A stretch of 64,000 nt of DNA from Eubacterium sp. (GCA_017886765.1 JAGHJI010000064.1:24-64023); one strand, 5' to 3'. Positions 19,827-29,614 are shown, numbered from the stretch's first letter. A program made the numbers and translations. The notes: a model not told the origin generated them from the sequence alone.

Positions 19827-20321
19827 TTATGAAAGCCCCAGAGAAATAATATTTACATTATGATCATCAACCGTCACTGAATAAAATTCTTCGGTATGTA
19901 TTCCCGTTTCAAGATAATGTTTCATGACGATCTGGGCTGTATACGGCATCTTTCTGTCATTTACTTTATCAATATCGACCCATTCCAGAACGCCCTCGTT
20001 GCAATTCTGATTTATTTTAACTCCGTCTTTTAAATCAGCGAAGAAATAGTAATTTATCCTCAACTCGTTTTTCACCGGACGTAGGGCAATATAGCGCAAA
20101 TTAAAATGCTCCAAATCACGTTCATTCAGCCCGATTTCTTCCTTCATCTCACGCAAAACAGCCGCTTTTGCATCATTTATTTCCTTCGCTTTAAAATGAC
20201 CGCCAACTCCACACCAAGAACGTTTTACAACTCTGGATCCGATTCTGTCAAGCAAAAGTATTTTATCTTTGCTTTTTATGTAAATTGTAGCCATATTTCT
20301 GAGTTTCCCGTTCACAAACAT
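19827..20321 (-). CDS. NUDIX hydrolase
   Basis: Nudix box variant GGHFKAKEINDAKAAVLREMKEEIGL. Confidence 0.85.
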   Translation of the reverse strand: MFVNGKLRNMATIYIKSKDKILLLDRIGSRVVKRSWCGVGGHFKAKEINDAKAAVLREMKEEIGLNERDLEHFNLRYIALRPVKNELRINYYFFADLKDGVKINQNCNEGVLEWVDIDKVNDRKMPYTAQIVMKHYLETGIHTEEFYSVTVDDHNVNIISLGLS

Positions 20322-20336
20322 ACCCTCCTATCCGCA

Positions 20337-20648
20337 TCAATCCTCCACTTTTTCAAGAAACAGTCTTTTTTCAAACTTGCCGTTCTTTGCGGCTTTTTTC
20401 TCCTTCACTTTCAGCACCTCGTCCAGTGTACTTCCACGGAAAACCGCCAGAGCCTCCACAACCTCCATAATATCCGCAAGCTCCTCTATATCTTCGCTGT
20501 CAAGATACTCCTGCACTTCCTCGCACAGCTTTTTCCTCAATGCAATATTATACTGATCGCTATCAAGCGTGGATATATGTGCCTTCTGCCCGTTTTGTGC
20601 GATGATTTGTGGGATATTATCCCTGACAAGTTTGTTATAAATTTTCAT
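20337..20648 (-). CDS. MazG-like / phosphoribosyl-ATP pyrophosphohydrolase-like all-alpha NTP pyrophosphatase
   Basis: YNKLVRDNIP...KLCEEVQEY...EELADIMEV...GKFEKRLFL pattern. Confidence 0.8.
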   Translation of the reverse strand: MKIYNKLVRDNIPQIIAQNGQKAHISTLDSDQYNIALRKKLCEEVQEYLDSEDIEELADIMEVVEALAVFRGSTLDEVLKVKEKKAAKNGKFEKRLFLEKVED

Positions 20649-20650
20649 AG

Positions 20651-21120
20651 TTATTTTCCTTTTCTTAAGTAATTTAAAAGTCCTGCGCAGCCGTCATAAA
20701 TATCACGGTACGCCGTATCAAATCTGCCGGAATACCATGGGTCCGCAACATCCGTGCCGTGGTCCGTATAATCCATAAGTCTGCTGATTTTATTTTTCGG
20801 GTCGCCGCCGAAGATTCGTTTCATATTGCGTATATTCGCGTTGTCCATACCGACAAAATAATCGTACTTTTCATAATCACCCGGTTTAAGCTGAACCGCC
20901 CTTTTGCCACTGCAGGATAAGCCGTGCCTTTCAAGTTCCCTTTTGGCAGGAGGGTAAACAGGATTGCCTGTCCCGTTCCATATCTCCTCCGTGCTTGTGG
21001 CAGATGACGCAATCATAAATTCGCCAGCAAGCCCCTGCTTTTTACCATATCTTTAAAAATAAATTCTGCCATAGGCGAGCGGCAAATATTGCCGTGGCAG
21101 ACAAACATAACTTTTATCAT
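20651..21120 (-). pseudogene. Low-molecular-weight protein-tyrosine phosphatase split by a frameshift in an A5 run (21039-21043)
   Basis: The start at 21120 reads MIKVMFVCHGNICRSPMAEF (CX5R P-loop) and stops early. One extra A joins it to the IASSATS...VGMD...DVADPWY frame. Confidence 0.88.
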
Positions 21121-21407
21121 ATCTCAACTGACTTTCCTGTGATTTATTATCTATTTCTCTTTTGTTTTGCTACCTTTTAATTAAATAATAGCATACCCTT
21201 ACGCATTGTCAATAGAAACGAAGCATAATATTCTGTATACGCAAGACTGAAACACATATAACAAATTTTTCTATAATCATGAATACGGTGTAAAATCAGG
21301 TCGCATAAACAGACAAAATGTTGAATTTAAGTACGATATATGGTAAAATGATTTTGCAATATAAAAATATATTGATACCAAAAGCAAAAAGAAGGGAAGT
21401 GATTTCA

Positions 21408-21857
21408 ATGGTTGAAATTACACAGACGACAATGTACATTTTCTGGGCGGCGGCAATTGTTATCTTCGCTGTTGCGGAGGCTGTTACGGCGCAGCTTGTT
21501 TCCATCTGGTTTGTGCTGGGAGCCGTTGCGGCGCTTATAGCTGCTCTTTTCGGCGCGTCTCCGGTCGTTCAGGTCATCGTATTTATAGCCGTCACGATTT
21601 TGGCTCTTGTTATCACAAGACCGCTTGTGAAAAAATATATTCACCCGAAAAAAGAGTATACTAATGCAGACAAGGTTATCGGTCAGGTCGGTATCGTTGT
21701 GGAAGATATTGACAATATCAAAGCAACAGGTCAGGTGAAGATCGACGGAAAAATCTGGACTGCAAGGTCAGTTGACGGCAGCTTAATACCCAAGGACAGT
21801 GATGTAGTTATCAATAGAATTGAGGGTGTAAAGCTGATCGTCACAAAAAACAATTAA
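21408..21857 (+). CDS. nfeD: NfeD-like membrane protein (SPFH partner)
   Basis: Hydrophobic N-terminus and C-terminal OB-like GQVKIDGKIWTARS...IEGVKLIV; ATG at 21408 after GAAGGGA. Confidence 0.85.
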   Translation: MVEITQTTMYIFWAAAIVIFAVAEAVTAQLVSIWFVLGAVAALIAALFGASPVVQVIVFIAVTILALVITRPLVKKYIHPKKEYTNADKVIGQVGIVVEDIDNIKATGQVKIDGKIWTARSVDGSLIPKDSDVVINRIEGVKLIVTKNN

Positions 21858-21874
21858 GAATTAAGGAGAAAATT

Positions 21875-22798
21875 ATGGCATTATTCATTGTTTTAGCGCT
21901 GATTATCATTGCTATCATCGCGCTGATTTTAACAAACATAAGGGTCGTACCCCAGTCAAAGGCGTACGTTCTGGAAAGACTCGGCACCTATTTCGCCACC
22001 TGGGAAACGGGTATTCATGTTAAAATCCCGTTCGTTGACAGGATTGCTAAAATCGTTTCACTCAAGGAGCAGGTCGTTGATTTCAAGCCGCAGGCGGTTA
22101 TCACCAAGGATAACGTAACGATGCAGATCGACACGGTCGTGTTCTATCAGATCACGGACCCCAAGCTTTACACCTACGGTGTGGAAAGCCCTATTGCAGC
22201 TATTGAGAACCTTTCCGCCACCACGCTGCGTAACATCATCGGTGAGCTGGAGCTTGATTCCACACTGACTTCCCGTGATACCATCAACACAAAGATCAGG
22301 GTCATTCTTGACGAGGCGACAGACGCCTGGGGAATCAAAGTAAATCGTGTTGAGCTTAAAAACATTATCCCGCCCAGAGAGATTCAGGACGCCATGGAAA
22401 AGCAGATGAAGGCTGAACGTGAGCGCCGTGAGGCAATCCTCAGAGCAGAGGGTGAAAAGCAGTCCAGAATTCTTGTTGCAGAGGGTCATAAGGAATCAAA
22501 GATCCTTGAAGCCGAAGCCGAGAAGCAGTCCGCCATCCTCAACGCCGAAGCTGTAAAGGAAGCGAAGATACGCGAGGCTGAGGGTGAGGCTGAGGCGATT
22601 CTTAAAGTACAGACCGCCACAGCCGACGCAATCAAAATGCTCAACGAAGCAGACGCAAATGACGCGGTTGTAAAGCTCAAGGCGCTGGAAGCCTTTGAGA
22701 AAGCGGCAGACGGTCAGGCTACCAAAATCATCATCCCTTCTGAGATTCAGGGACTTGCAGGTCTTGCTGAGGGTGTTGCTCAGGCAATTAAAAAATAA
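21875..22798 (+). CDS. SPFH/band-7 (QmcA/stomatin-like) protein
   Basis: ERLG...PFVDRI, VITKDNV, LRNIIGELELD, WGIKVNRVELKNI and coiled-coil AERERRE. Confidence 0.93.
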   Translation: MALFIVLALIIIAIIALILTNIRVVPQSKAYVLERLGTYFATWETGIHVKIPFVDRIAKIVSLKEQVVDFKPQAVITKDNVTMQIDTVVFYQITDPKLYTYGVESPIAAIENLSATTLRNIIGELELDSTLTSRDTINTKIRVILDEATDAWGIKVNRVELKNIIPPREIQDAMEKQMKAERERREAILRAEGEKQSRILVAEGHKESKILEAEAEKQSAILNAEAVKEAKIREAEGEAEAILKVQTATADAIKMLNEADANDAVVKLKALEAFEKAADGQATKIIIPSEIQGLAGLAEGVAQAIKK

Positions 22799-22817
22799 GA
22801 AATACACGTAATGATTA

Positions 22818-22844
22818 AAGGCTGTCGGAAAATCCGACAGCCTT
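22818..22844. terminator. Bidirectional terminator
   Basis: AAGGCTGTCGGA-AAA-TCCGACAGCCTT. Confidence 0.75.
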
Positions 22845-22860
22845 GATTTCTTTTTGTATA

Positions 22861-24213
22861 CTACGGTCTGTAAGCGCCTGTTTTACACACCTCGATCTTT
22901 TCTATATACGGCTCTTTCCTGCACTGTTCTATGACCAGTTTCAAATTGTCCGTAATGACAGGCTTATCAAAAATCGCTATTTTGGAAAAGCCTACCACCG
23001 TGCCTTTATAAACACATTCCCCCTGGGCGTAAATTTTAAACTGCTCAATTCTCTGGGATTTTGTGGTGTCCTCAGAAAAGCGGATACGGTCAACAGATTG
23101 CTTTTTAAAGGAAATGTCCATCTGCATTTTGTCTTGTGACACGGTGTAATCGCTTTCAATCACACATTCATCCTCTTTTTTCAGCCACTGACCCATTTGG
23201 TTTAAGCGGCGGACATCCGCCTTGGAAAACTGACCTTTTCTGTTCGGCGGAATATTTAAAATAAGCAAACAGTTACCGCCAACGGAACCATAATAAATAC
23301 GCATAAGCCTGCGCAGTGATTTCAGCGTCAGAGACTGCAGCGGATGGTAATACCATCCCAGTCTTATGGATACGTCCACCTCGGCAGGATACCACATAAA
23401 GGAATCATAGTTAGCCAAAAACTCTCTGGAGCCCATATCCTCCAGCATAACATCCTGACAACGTTTCTGAAATTTTTTCATATTATCGTCCGTCTGGCAG
23501 TTTGCGGCAATATTCTGCAGTTCATACTGAAATGCGGGTACCACATTCCATTCACTCTTACGGGCTTTTCCGCTTTCATTGCCTACCCAGCGCACATCCG
23601 GAGCGCAGCCGGACATCACAATATCAGGCTGCAATTTAACCGCAGTTGACCAGATACGTTCAAAATCATAATCCTGCTTGGGCTTTCCGTCTGCGGTTGA
23701 GCCGCAGGCACCGTCCAGCCAAAGCATAAAAATCTCTCCGTAACCGGTTAAAAGCTCTGTAAGCTGTTCAATATAGAAGTCATTATATGCAGCCGTACCG
23801 TAAAGCGGACTGTTCCTGTCCCAGGGTGAAAGATATACGCCGAACTTTAGTCCGTATTTTTTGCAGGACTCCGAAACCTCACGCACTACATCGCCCTTTC
23901 CGTTTTTATACGGACTGTTGCGTATACAATGCTCTGTTGTCTTGGTGGGCCACAAGCAAAATCCGTCATGGTGCTTACAAGTAAGGACCACGCCTTTCAT
24001 ACCGGCTGACTTAATCGCCCTGCACCACTGGTCCGTATCCTGCGCCTTGGGATTGAAAACAGACGGAGATTCCTTTCCTGTTCCCCATTCCCTGCCCGTA
24101 AAGGTATTTACCGAATAGTGGACGAAGGCATAATATTTCATTTCCTGAATCAACAGCTGACGTCTGTTGGGCACTATGGAAGTGTAAAGGTCAATTCTGT
24201 CATCTGATACCAT
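22861..24213 (-). CDS. Alpha-L-fucosidase, GH29, no signal peptide
   Basis: FVHYSVNTF...EWG, KHHDGFCLW, YLSPWDRN, nucleophile region WLDGA, RWVGNE, and LNIPPNRKG. Confidence 0.9.
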   Translation of the reverse strand: MVSDDRIDLYTSIVPNRRQLLIQEMKYYAFVHYSVNTFTGREWGTGKESPSVFNPKAQDTDQWCRAIKSAGMKGVVLTCKHHDGFCLWPTKTTEHCIRNSPYKNGKGDVVREVSESCKKYGLKFGVYLSPWDRNSPLYGTAAYNDFYIEQLTELLTGYGEIFMLWLDGACGSTADGKPKQDYDFERIWSTAVKLQPDIVMSGCAPDVRWVGNESGKARKSEWNVVPAFQYELQNIAANCQTDDNMKKFQKRCQDVMLEDMGSREFLANYDSFMWYPAEVDVSIRLGWYYHPLQSLTLKSLRRLMRIYYGSVGGNCLLILNIPPNRKGQFSKADVRRLNQMGQWLKKEDECVIESDYTVSQDKMQMDISFKKQSVDRIRFSEDTTKSQRIEQFKIYAQGECVYKGTVVGFSKIAIFDKPVITDNLKLVIEQCRKEPYIEKIEVCKTGAYRP

Positions 24214-24234
24214 ATTTCATGCTCCGGTTTAGTA

Positions 24235-26676
24235 TTATTTTTTCTTGTTGGCTTTTTTACGCGCTCTTTCCGCCTTAAGCTTTTCTTTCATCTCTTTCTG
24301 CTGCGCCTCAAGCGCTTTTGCCTTTTCTTCCTCAAGGCGTGTTGCTTCCTCATAACGGACTTTCGCTTCCTCATACATGGCCTTAATATCCTCATAATGC
24401 TGATAATTTTCTGCCTGTACAAGAAGTTTTTTAGCGTCAATATACGGTTTTGCAAGACGATTGTAATAGGAATTTTCATCGGTTGCCTTTTTAATTTCGG
24501 CGTCAATTGTTTTTTTCTCGTCTTTCAGGTCGCGGAGTTTTGCTTTTATCTGATTTATTTTATCCGTATCTTTGGATTTTTTTGCTACGGAAAGCTGCTC
24601 TTCCAACTGGGTACGGGATTCAAGATTGCGGTCCTCACGCTCAAACAGATCCTCAAAGACCTTCATATCAAATTCTTCGATCTTACCGCCGTTTTTGCTC
24701 TCTATCTGCTTTTTGCTGTAGATACGGTTTTTTGCTGATTCTATGGCTGCTGAACGCTCTTCTTTTTCTGTCTTTGTGCGTTTCGGCATAGCTTTGGCTT
24801 TAGCGAGTTCCTCTTTCAGTTTGTCAAAAGAAACCGCGGTCAATCCTTCAAGGCCGGTATCATAAATTTCCTGCGCCTTTTCCAGCCTGTACTGCCAGTA
24901 CGGCGTTTTAAATTTATTTATCTCCTCCATAACAATTTTGGAGATTTCAATATTGTCATTGTATTCCATTGCCGCTTTCCATTCTTTTCTGGCGGCTTTT
25001 CTGTCCGCCTTGTTTTCAGCCTGTTTTATCCGCGCCTTCAGTGCCCTAATATCTTTTGGCTGCGAAACGGCCAATTGGCTTGATTCCTCAATCATATCAA
25101 TGGTGGACACAATGTCCTTATCATTCAAAACACCGTTACCGTAGTCCTCAAACATAGCTCTCAGCTGCAATACCTTGACGATACTGCGCTGGCGCAGCTC
25201 GGTCATATCATAGAAGAAATACGGAAGTACATTCAAAATCGCTCCCACGACCGAAAGAATAACAATTACGGAAAAGACCTGCTTGAAAATATCGTTGATA
25301 TACAGCACATTGTAGGGCGACATCATAACGTCCTCCAATGATTTACCGGTTATATCCATAATTTCTGCGGCACGCTGGGCAAGGACAGTATCATTGATAC
25401 CCAAAGATTCATAAACGGCAGGAACCACACTGCTTGTGGCAAGCGTAATCACCGTACCGATCAAACCAACGGTTGCGAACATACCGTCAATGCGCTCGCC
25501 TGTTATGTACTGCTGATAGTCACGTATATCCGCGTTAACAGCAGGAGTCAGAATAACACCGAAGGAGGTCATCAGATAGTTGCCGAACAGTACAAGCGCG
25601 ATATATATGATCATTTTTTCCGGTTCAGCCTGAACGACCGGATATAATACCGCCAGAAATGCCGCGTTAACAATATTGGTTAATATTAATACCTTCTTTT
25701 TCCCCCATTTTCTAATGGCAAAGGGAGCGGCAAGCATTCCCCATAAATTAGCGTTTGCCACCACCATAGTAACTATGGTATACACACCTGCGTTGATACC
25801 GTTTTCGTTGTGATACTGATAGCACCATTGCAGCATATTGCCGTATGTCGTTTCCAAAAATCCAATCCATCCCGCCAGGGAAATGACCCAGAACAATTTG
25901 TTCTTAGCGACAGCCCTCAGCGCGTCCCAAAATCTTATCTGAACAACATGGGTACGTGCCTGAACGATCTTTTCCTGCGTGTTGGCATAGATATATACCG
26001 AACAAAGTACACCTATAATAGCAAACGGCGGATAAAGAATTCTGTACAGTTTCATATCGTACAAATCATTGTTTGTGGCAACCTGCGCAACCAGCGGCAT
26101 TACGGCACTGGCAATGGAAGGCGCCAGCGAATAAACAACGGATTTAATCGTCAGTACATCCGCTCTCTCCTGCGTATCGGGAGAGAGAACCATAATGAGA
26201 TTTTCATAGGAATCATAGAAAAAGGAATAAAAAAACTGAAAACCAATATTAAAAAGCAGAACGATAACCGCTTTTACTACCTGATTGGGGATTTTTTCAT
26301 ACGGCACCATAACCATACCGATTACAAGAAGGCAGGTAGGCAGTGCCATATACAGCATATATGGACGGTACTTGCCGTTTTTACTTCTGGCGTTGTCAAT
26401 TATATTTGCCCTTATTGCGGTAGCGGGAAAGGATATGACAATGGAAAGGGCATAGATAATGTACATCAGCGTTGGAGATATACCTATCGCGTTGCCTATT
26501 ATTACATTCGTTGTACTCAGCATAAGCTGCTGAACACAATAAATAAGGAAATACATACCTATTCCACCTACGGAATAGGCAAATATTTCCTTAAACGGCA
26601 TATAGCGCCCGGGCATAGGATGCTTCCAGTAAACCTTTGCGTCCGAAACTGTTTTCTTGATCTGATTAATATTCAA
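24235..26676 (-). CDS. GPH/MelB-like MFS sugar transporter with a long charged C-terminal extension
   Basis: IIDNARSKNGKYRPYML, ADIRDYQQYITGERIDG and about 12 hydrophobic segments, followed by about 325 aa of Lys/Glu-rich sequence. Confidence 0.82.
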   Translation of the reverse strand: MNINQIKKTVSDAKVYWKHPMPGRYMPFKEIFAYSVGGIGMYFLIYCVQQLMLSTTNVIIGNAIGISPTLMYIIYALSIVISFPATAIRANIIDNARSKNGKYRPYMLYMALPTCLLVIGMVMVPYEKIPNQVVKAVIVLLFNIGFQFFYSFFYDSYENLIMVLSPDTQERADVLTIKSVVYSLAPSIASAVMPLVAQVATNNDLYDMKLYRILYPPFAIIGVLCSVYIYANTQEKIVQARTHVVQIRFWDALRAVAKNKLFWVISLAGWIGFLETTYGNMLQWCYQYHNENGINAGVYTIVTMVVANANLWGMLAAPFAIRKWGKKKVLILTNIVNAAFLAVLYPVVQAEPEKMIIYIALVLFGNYLMTSFGVILTPAVNADIRDYQQYITGERIDGMFATVGLIGTVITLATSSVVPAVYESLGINDTVLAQRAAEIMDITGKSLEDVMMSPYNVLYINDIFKQVFSVIVILSVVGAILNVLPYFFYDMTELRQRSIVKVLQLRAMFEDYGNGVLNDKDIVSTIDMIEESSQLAVSQPKDIRALKARIKQAENKADRKAARKEWKAAMEYNDNIEISKIVMEEINKFKTPYWQYRLEKAQEIYDTGLEGLTAVSFDKLKEELAKAKAMPKRTKTEKEERSAAIESAKNRIYSKKQIESKNGGKIEEFDMKVFEDLFEREDRNLESRTQLEEQLSVAKKSKDTDKINQIKAKLRDLKDEKKTIDAEIKKATDENSYYNRLAKPYIDAKKLLVQAENYQHYEDIKAMYEEAKVRYEEATRLEEEKAKALEAQQKEMKEKLKAERARKKANKKK

Positions 26677-26928
26677 AGTAAACTCCCCCTATATGCCGTT
26701 ACAGCGTAAAATCACTTTCATATTTTCGTGTTACGGATCAACCGTTATCCATATAATTAATATTATATAATAAAAACAATATTAAATAAATTCAGAATAC
26801 AGTAAAAATAATACATAAATCGGAAACGGTCGCCTATTTATGTCAGCCAATACAATCTGTGTTATTTCCCAAGCAGACTTAAAACGCATTCGTTTGGATC
26901 CACCGTAAGTATAAAAAGAGAAAATTAT

Positions 26929-26965
26929 AAAAAGTCGTAAACCCTATCCGGATTTACGACTTTTT
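26929..26965 (-). terminator. Terminator-like hairpin between the two transporter genes
   Basis: AAAAAGTCGTAAA...TTTACGACTTTTT. Confidence 0.65.
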
Positions 26966-27051
26966 ACATCCTAACAGAAATATTATAACAATTGTATGAA
27001 AATTTCAATAAAATTCATTTTAAAAACAAGATTTTATTTAAAATTAAAACC

Positions 27052-28569
27052 TTACTGGCTTATCGCGGCTTTTTCTTCTTTTTCCGCTTTCTCCTGCTCT
27101 TCCCTGCGCGCTTTGATCTCCTTCATCATCTGACGGTGACCTTTACCGGTTATATTGTAAAAATGCATGGGTATGAGCATAAGCAGATATCCAACCGCAG
27201 GCAGAAGAACTGTAAGGAAGAACAGTGTGTTATTCGTGGCGGCTGACTGTACCATAGAACCTTCCGTATGGCTCTTGTATCCGACCCAGCCCAGAATGGC
27301 AAGACCGATTGATGAGGAAAGCGTGTTCTCAATCTTTCCGGTAAAACTCATAATGGAAAGCATGATACCCTCAACACGTCTGCCGGTTTTCCATTCAATA
27401 TAATCAACCGTTTCGGCTTCCATTTCCTTTTGAATCAGATTCTTGAACTCAAGCGGAATGGTAGTCAGACAGGTAAACGCGGAAACGACAACGCCTGTAA
27501 GAAGTGTTACGGACTGATCCGCCTCTTTTTGCAAAAGGCCCTTGAAAGTGAACACTGCAAAAAGCAGATGGAGAATGATGGCGCTGATACAGCATACCTG
27601 ATAGAATCTGCGTGAATCAGATTTTTCGCCCAGTTTTTCAACAATTTTCGGAACAAGTATTCCGGCGAATAAAAAGCCGGGGAATTTTACAACATCAATA
27701 ACCGCGTTGTATTTCAGATTGAACATAAGGTCGGCAACAAAATAGAACGACACCTGCTCCGCAACCTTACAAAGCACAAAGAAAATATTGCACAGAAACA
27801 GCATCAGAAGCGGCCTGTTTTTAAACAGGAGTGAAAAGCATTCCTTTACAGACGGTGTATCGGAACTGTGTCTTGCGCGCTCAACGGTATTTCTGTACGT
27901 CATTCGTGTCAGGAAGAAAATTCCTATTGCCGATATGATAGCGGAAGTAAGATACGCCTGAGGCGTATGGTCACGGAAATAAGGTAACCATGCGGCGCCT
28001 GCAACGAATACCTGAGGGAGAGCCCCCACAACCGAACGAACGATGGAACTGACACCAAAGAGCTTGGTCCTTTCTATTCCGTTGGGAGTGATGGAAAACG
28101 CCAGAGCTCCCATAGGAATGTCAAACGCCGTATATGTAACGTCAAGCATTATGAAAAGTATCGTGGTATAAATCACGTTCAAAACCGGGGGCGCGTCCGC
28201 ACTTCCGACAAAGAACAGCACCATAACAATCGAAACGAATATCGGCGCCCATTTTATGTACGGGCGCATCTGACCGTCCTTGGTACGCGTCCTGTCAACA
28301 AGAATACCCATTATAGGGTCGTTGATGGCATCAAATATTCCGCAGAAAAGCCTGATGGTCGAGGCTGTTCCCATAGGATCCTTCAGTTTTTTGAACAATA
28401 CATTTGTAAGGAAATAGTTGACGTATTTTGAACTTGTCATGGAGGTATTCATACCCTGCGCGCCGCGTCCCAGCGCGTATGAAATCGTTTCTCTCCAGGT
28501 AAGGTAGGTTTCTTCACCTACATCGGTCTTGACGATTTTACTGTCTAAAAAAGCTTTTAACTTCCCCAC
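27052..28569 (-). CDS. GPH/MelB-like MFS sugar:cation symporter
   Basis: FDAINDPIMGILVDRTRTKDGQMRPY and ETVDYIEWKTGRRVEG motifs. Confidence 0.88.
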   Translation of the reverse strand: MGKLKAFLDSKIVKTDVGEETYLTWRETISYALGRGAQGMNTSMTSSKYVNYFLTNVLFKKLKDPMGTASTIRLFCGIFDAINDPIMGILVDRTRTKDGQMRPYIKWAPIFVSIVMVLFFVGSADAPPVLNVIYTTILFIMLDVTYTAFDIPMGALAFSITPNGIERTKLFGVSSIVRSVVGALPQVFVAGAAWLPYFRDHTPQAYLTSAIISAIGIFFLTRMTYRNTVERARHSSDTPSVKECFSLLFKNRPLLMLFLCNIFFVLCKVAEQVSFYFVADLMFNLKYNAVIDVVKFPGFLFAGILVPKIVEKLGEKSDSRRFYQVCCISAIILHLLFAVFTFKGLLQKEADQSVTLLTGVVVSAFTCLTTIPLEFKNLIQKEMEAETVDYIEWKTGRRVEGIMLSIMSFTGKIENTLSSSIGLAILGWVGYKSHTEGSMVQSAATNNTLFFLTVLLPAVGYLLMLIPMHFYNITGKGHRQMMKEIKARREEQEKAEKEEKAAISQ

Positions 28570-28669
28570 TTTTACATCCCTTCCGTATATTTTTACTGTC
28601 TAATTTTATCAGTATATATATTATTTGTAAAGTGATTTAACATAGATTTAACCTTAATTTAAAAAAACA

Positions 28670-28690
28670 CCGGTCATATGCCATGACCGG
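28670..28690 (-). terminator. Terminator after the HPrK-like gene
   Basis: CCGGTCAT-N5-ATGACCGG with a T7 tract on the minus strand. Confidence 0.65.
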
Positions 28691-28695
28691 CGCGC

Positions 28696-29406
28696 TTATC
28701 TTTTCATTGCATTATAAGAGGTAAGGACAGCTTCCCTGCTGATATTGCATCCGAATTCATATAAAGGGACCTTTGCAAAGATCTGCTCCAAAACGTCAAA
28801 GAGCATATCCATTCTGTCGGCATTCAGTTTACGTACTGTCTGTGAAAAAATATTGAACACCGCTTTGCCCGTATCGGCTTTCCTGATCCAATTCTCCTCG
28901 CTTCTTTCCAAAAAGCATATACCTGCAAGCTCCGCAATCTCCGGAGAGGAGTAATCATATTTCCCGCTCCATGGAGTACCGCATGCATAGACTTTTCCGT
29001 CTATCAGTCTTATGGCAGGCTTATCATCGTTGAGCATATGCGCCCTGTCGCCGAAATACTTAAGCCAAAGCTGCGTATGCGTCGATTTACCCGTGCCGCT
29101 GTCGGCAGAAAAAGCGTAAGCCATACCGTCAACCACAATACAGGATGAATGAAGCAGAATACCGTTGTATTTTAAAAGCTCGGTATAAAAATCAGAGCCG
29201 GTAATCATATACTCCCAATCGTCCTGCACCAGCTCCGGATGCTCCTCCATTGCCTTTAAGACTCTTTTTTCATCCACATCAATAACAATATCAATGTGTT
29301 GATTTTCATTCTGGTCGGCAGCAAGATACGGCTGCGCCTGCTTCGCTGTCCTGCCCTTTGGATTTACCATATTCACTTTAAGTCCTGCTATATCGTATAT
29401 AGGCAT
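28696..29406 (-). CDS. HPr-kinase-related P-loop protein
   Basis: LLHSSCI...AFSADSGTGKST...LNDDKPAIR...GTPWSGK, the HPrK C-terminal-like motif set. Confidence 0.7.
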   Translation of the reverse strand: MPIYDIAGLKVNMVNPKGRTAKQAQPYLAADQNENQHIDIVIDVDEKRVLKAMEEHPELVQDDWEYMITGSDFYTELLKYNGILLHSSCIVVDGMAYAFSADSGTGKSTHTQLWLKYFGDRAHMLNDDKPAIRLIDGKVYACGTPWSGKYDYSSPEIAELAGICFLERSEENWIRKADTGKAVFNIFSQTVRKLNADRMDMLFDVLEQIFAKVPLYEFGCNISREAVLTSYNAMKR

Positions 29407-29547
29407 AAACTCATCCTTAAATAGAAATTACAAGATAATTCGTAAACCCTGTTCGGTTAGTTATCTGCAACTTTTAGTATAAACGATATGAGCGTATTTA
29501 GCAAGAGTAATTTACCAACCTTTATAAACCATTTCATCTATTTTCCA

Positions 29548-29576
29548 TTGACTTTTTCGCTCTTTTGTTCTATAAT
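29548..29576 (+). promoter_or_regulatory. SigA promoter of dinB
   Basis: TTGACT-17 nt-TATAAT. Confidence 0.85.
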
Positions 29577-29588
29577 GAACGTATGTTC
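29577..29588. promoter_or_regulatory. LexA (Firmicute SOS/Cheo) box
   Basis: GAAC-GTAT-GTTC immediately after the -10, over the expected TSS. Confidence 0.88.
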
Positions 29589-29614
29589 GATAACGCAAAA
29601 AAATGGTGAAAGTT

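Noticed and set aside
26929-29465. Shared CGTAAACCCT core in hairpins at ~26935 and ~29441
   Set aside because: The match is only about 10 bp and the surrounding stems differ; insufficient to call a repeat family.
28696-29600. Lasso-peptide cluster around the HPrK-like gene
   Set aside because: No precursor, cyclase, peptidase or PqqD/RRE gene is present nearby.
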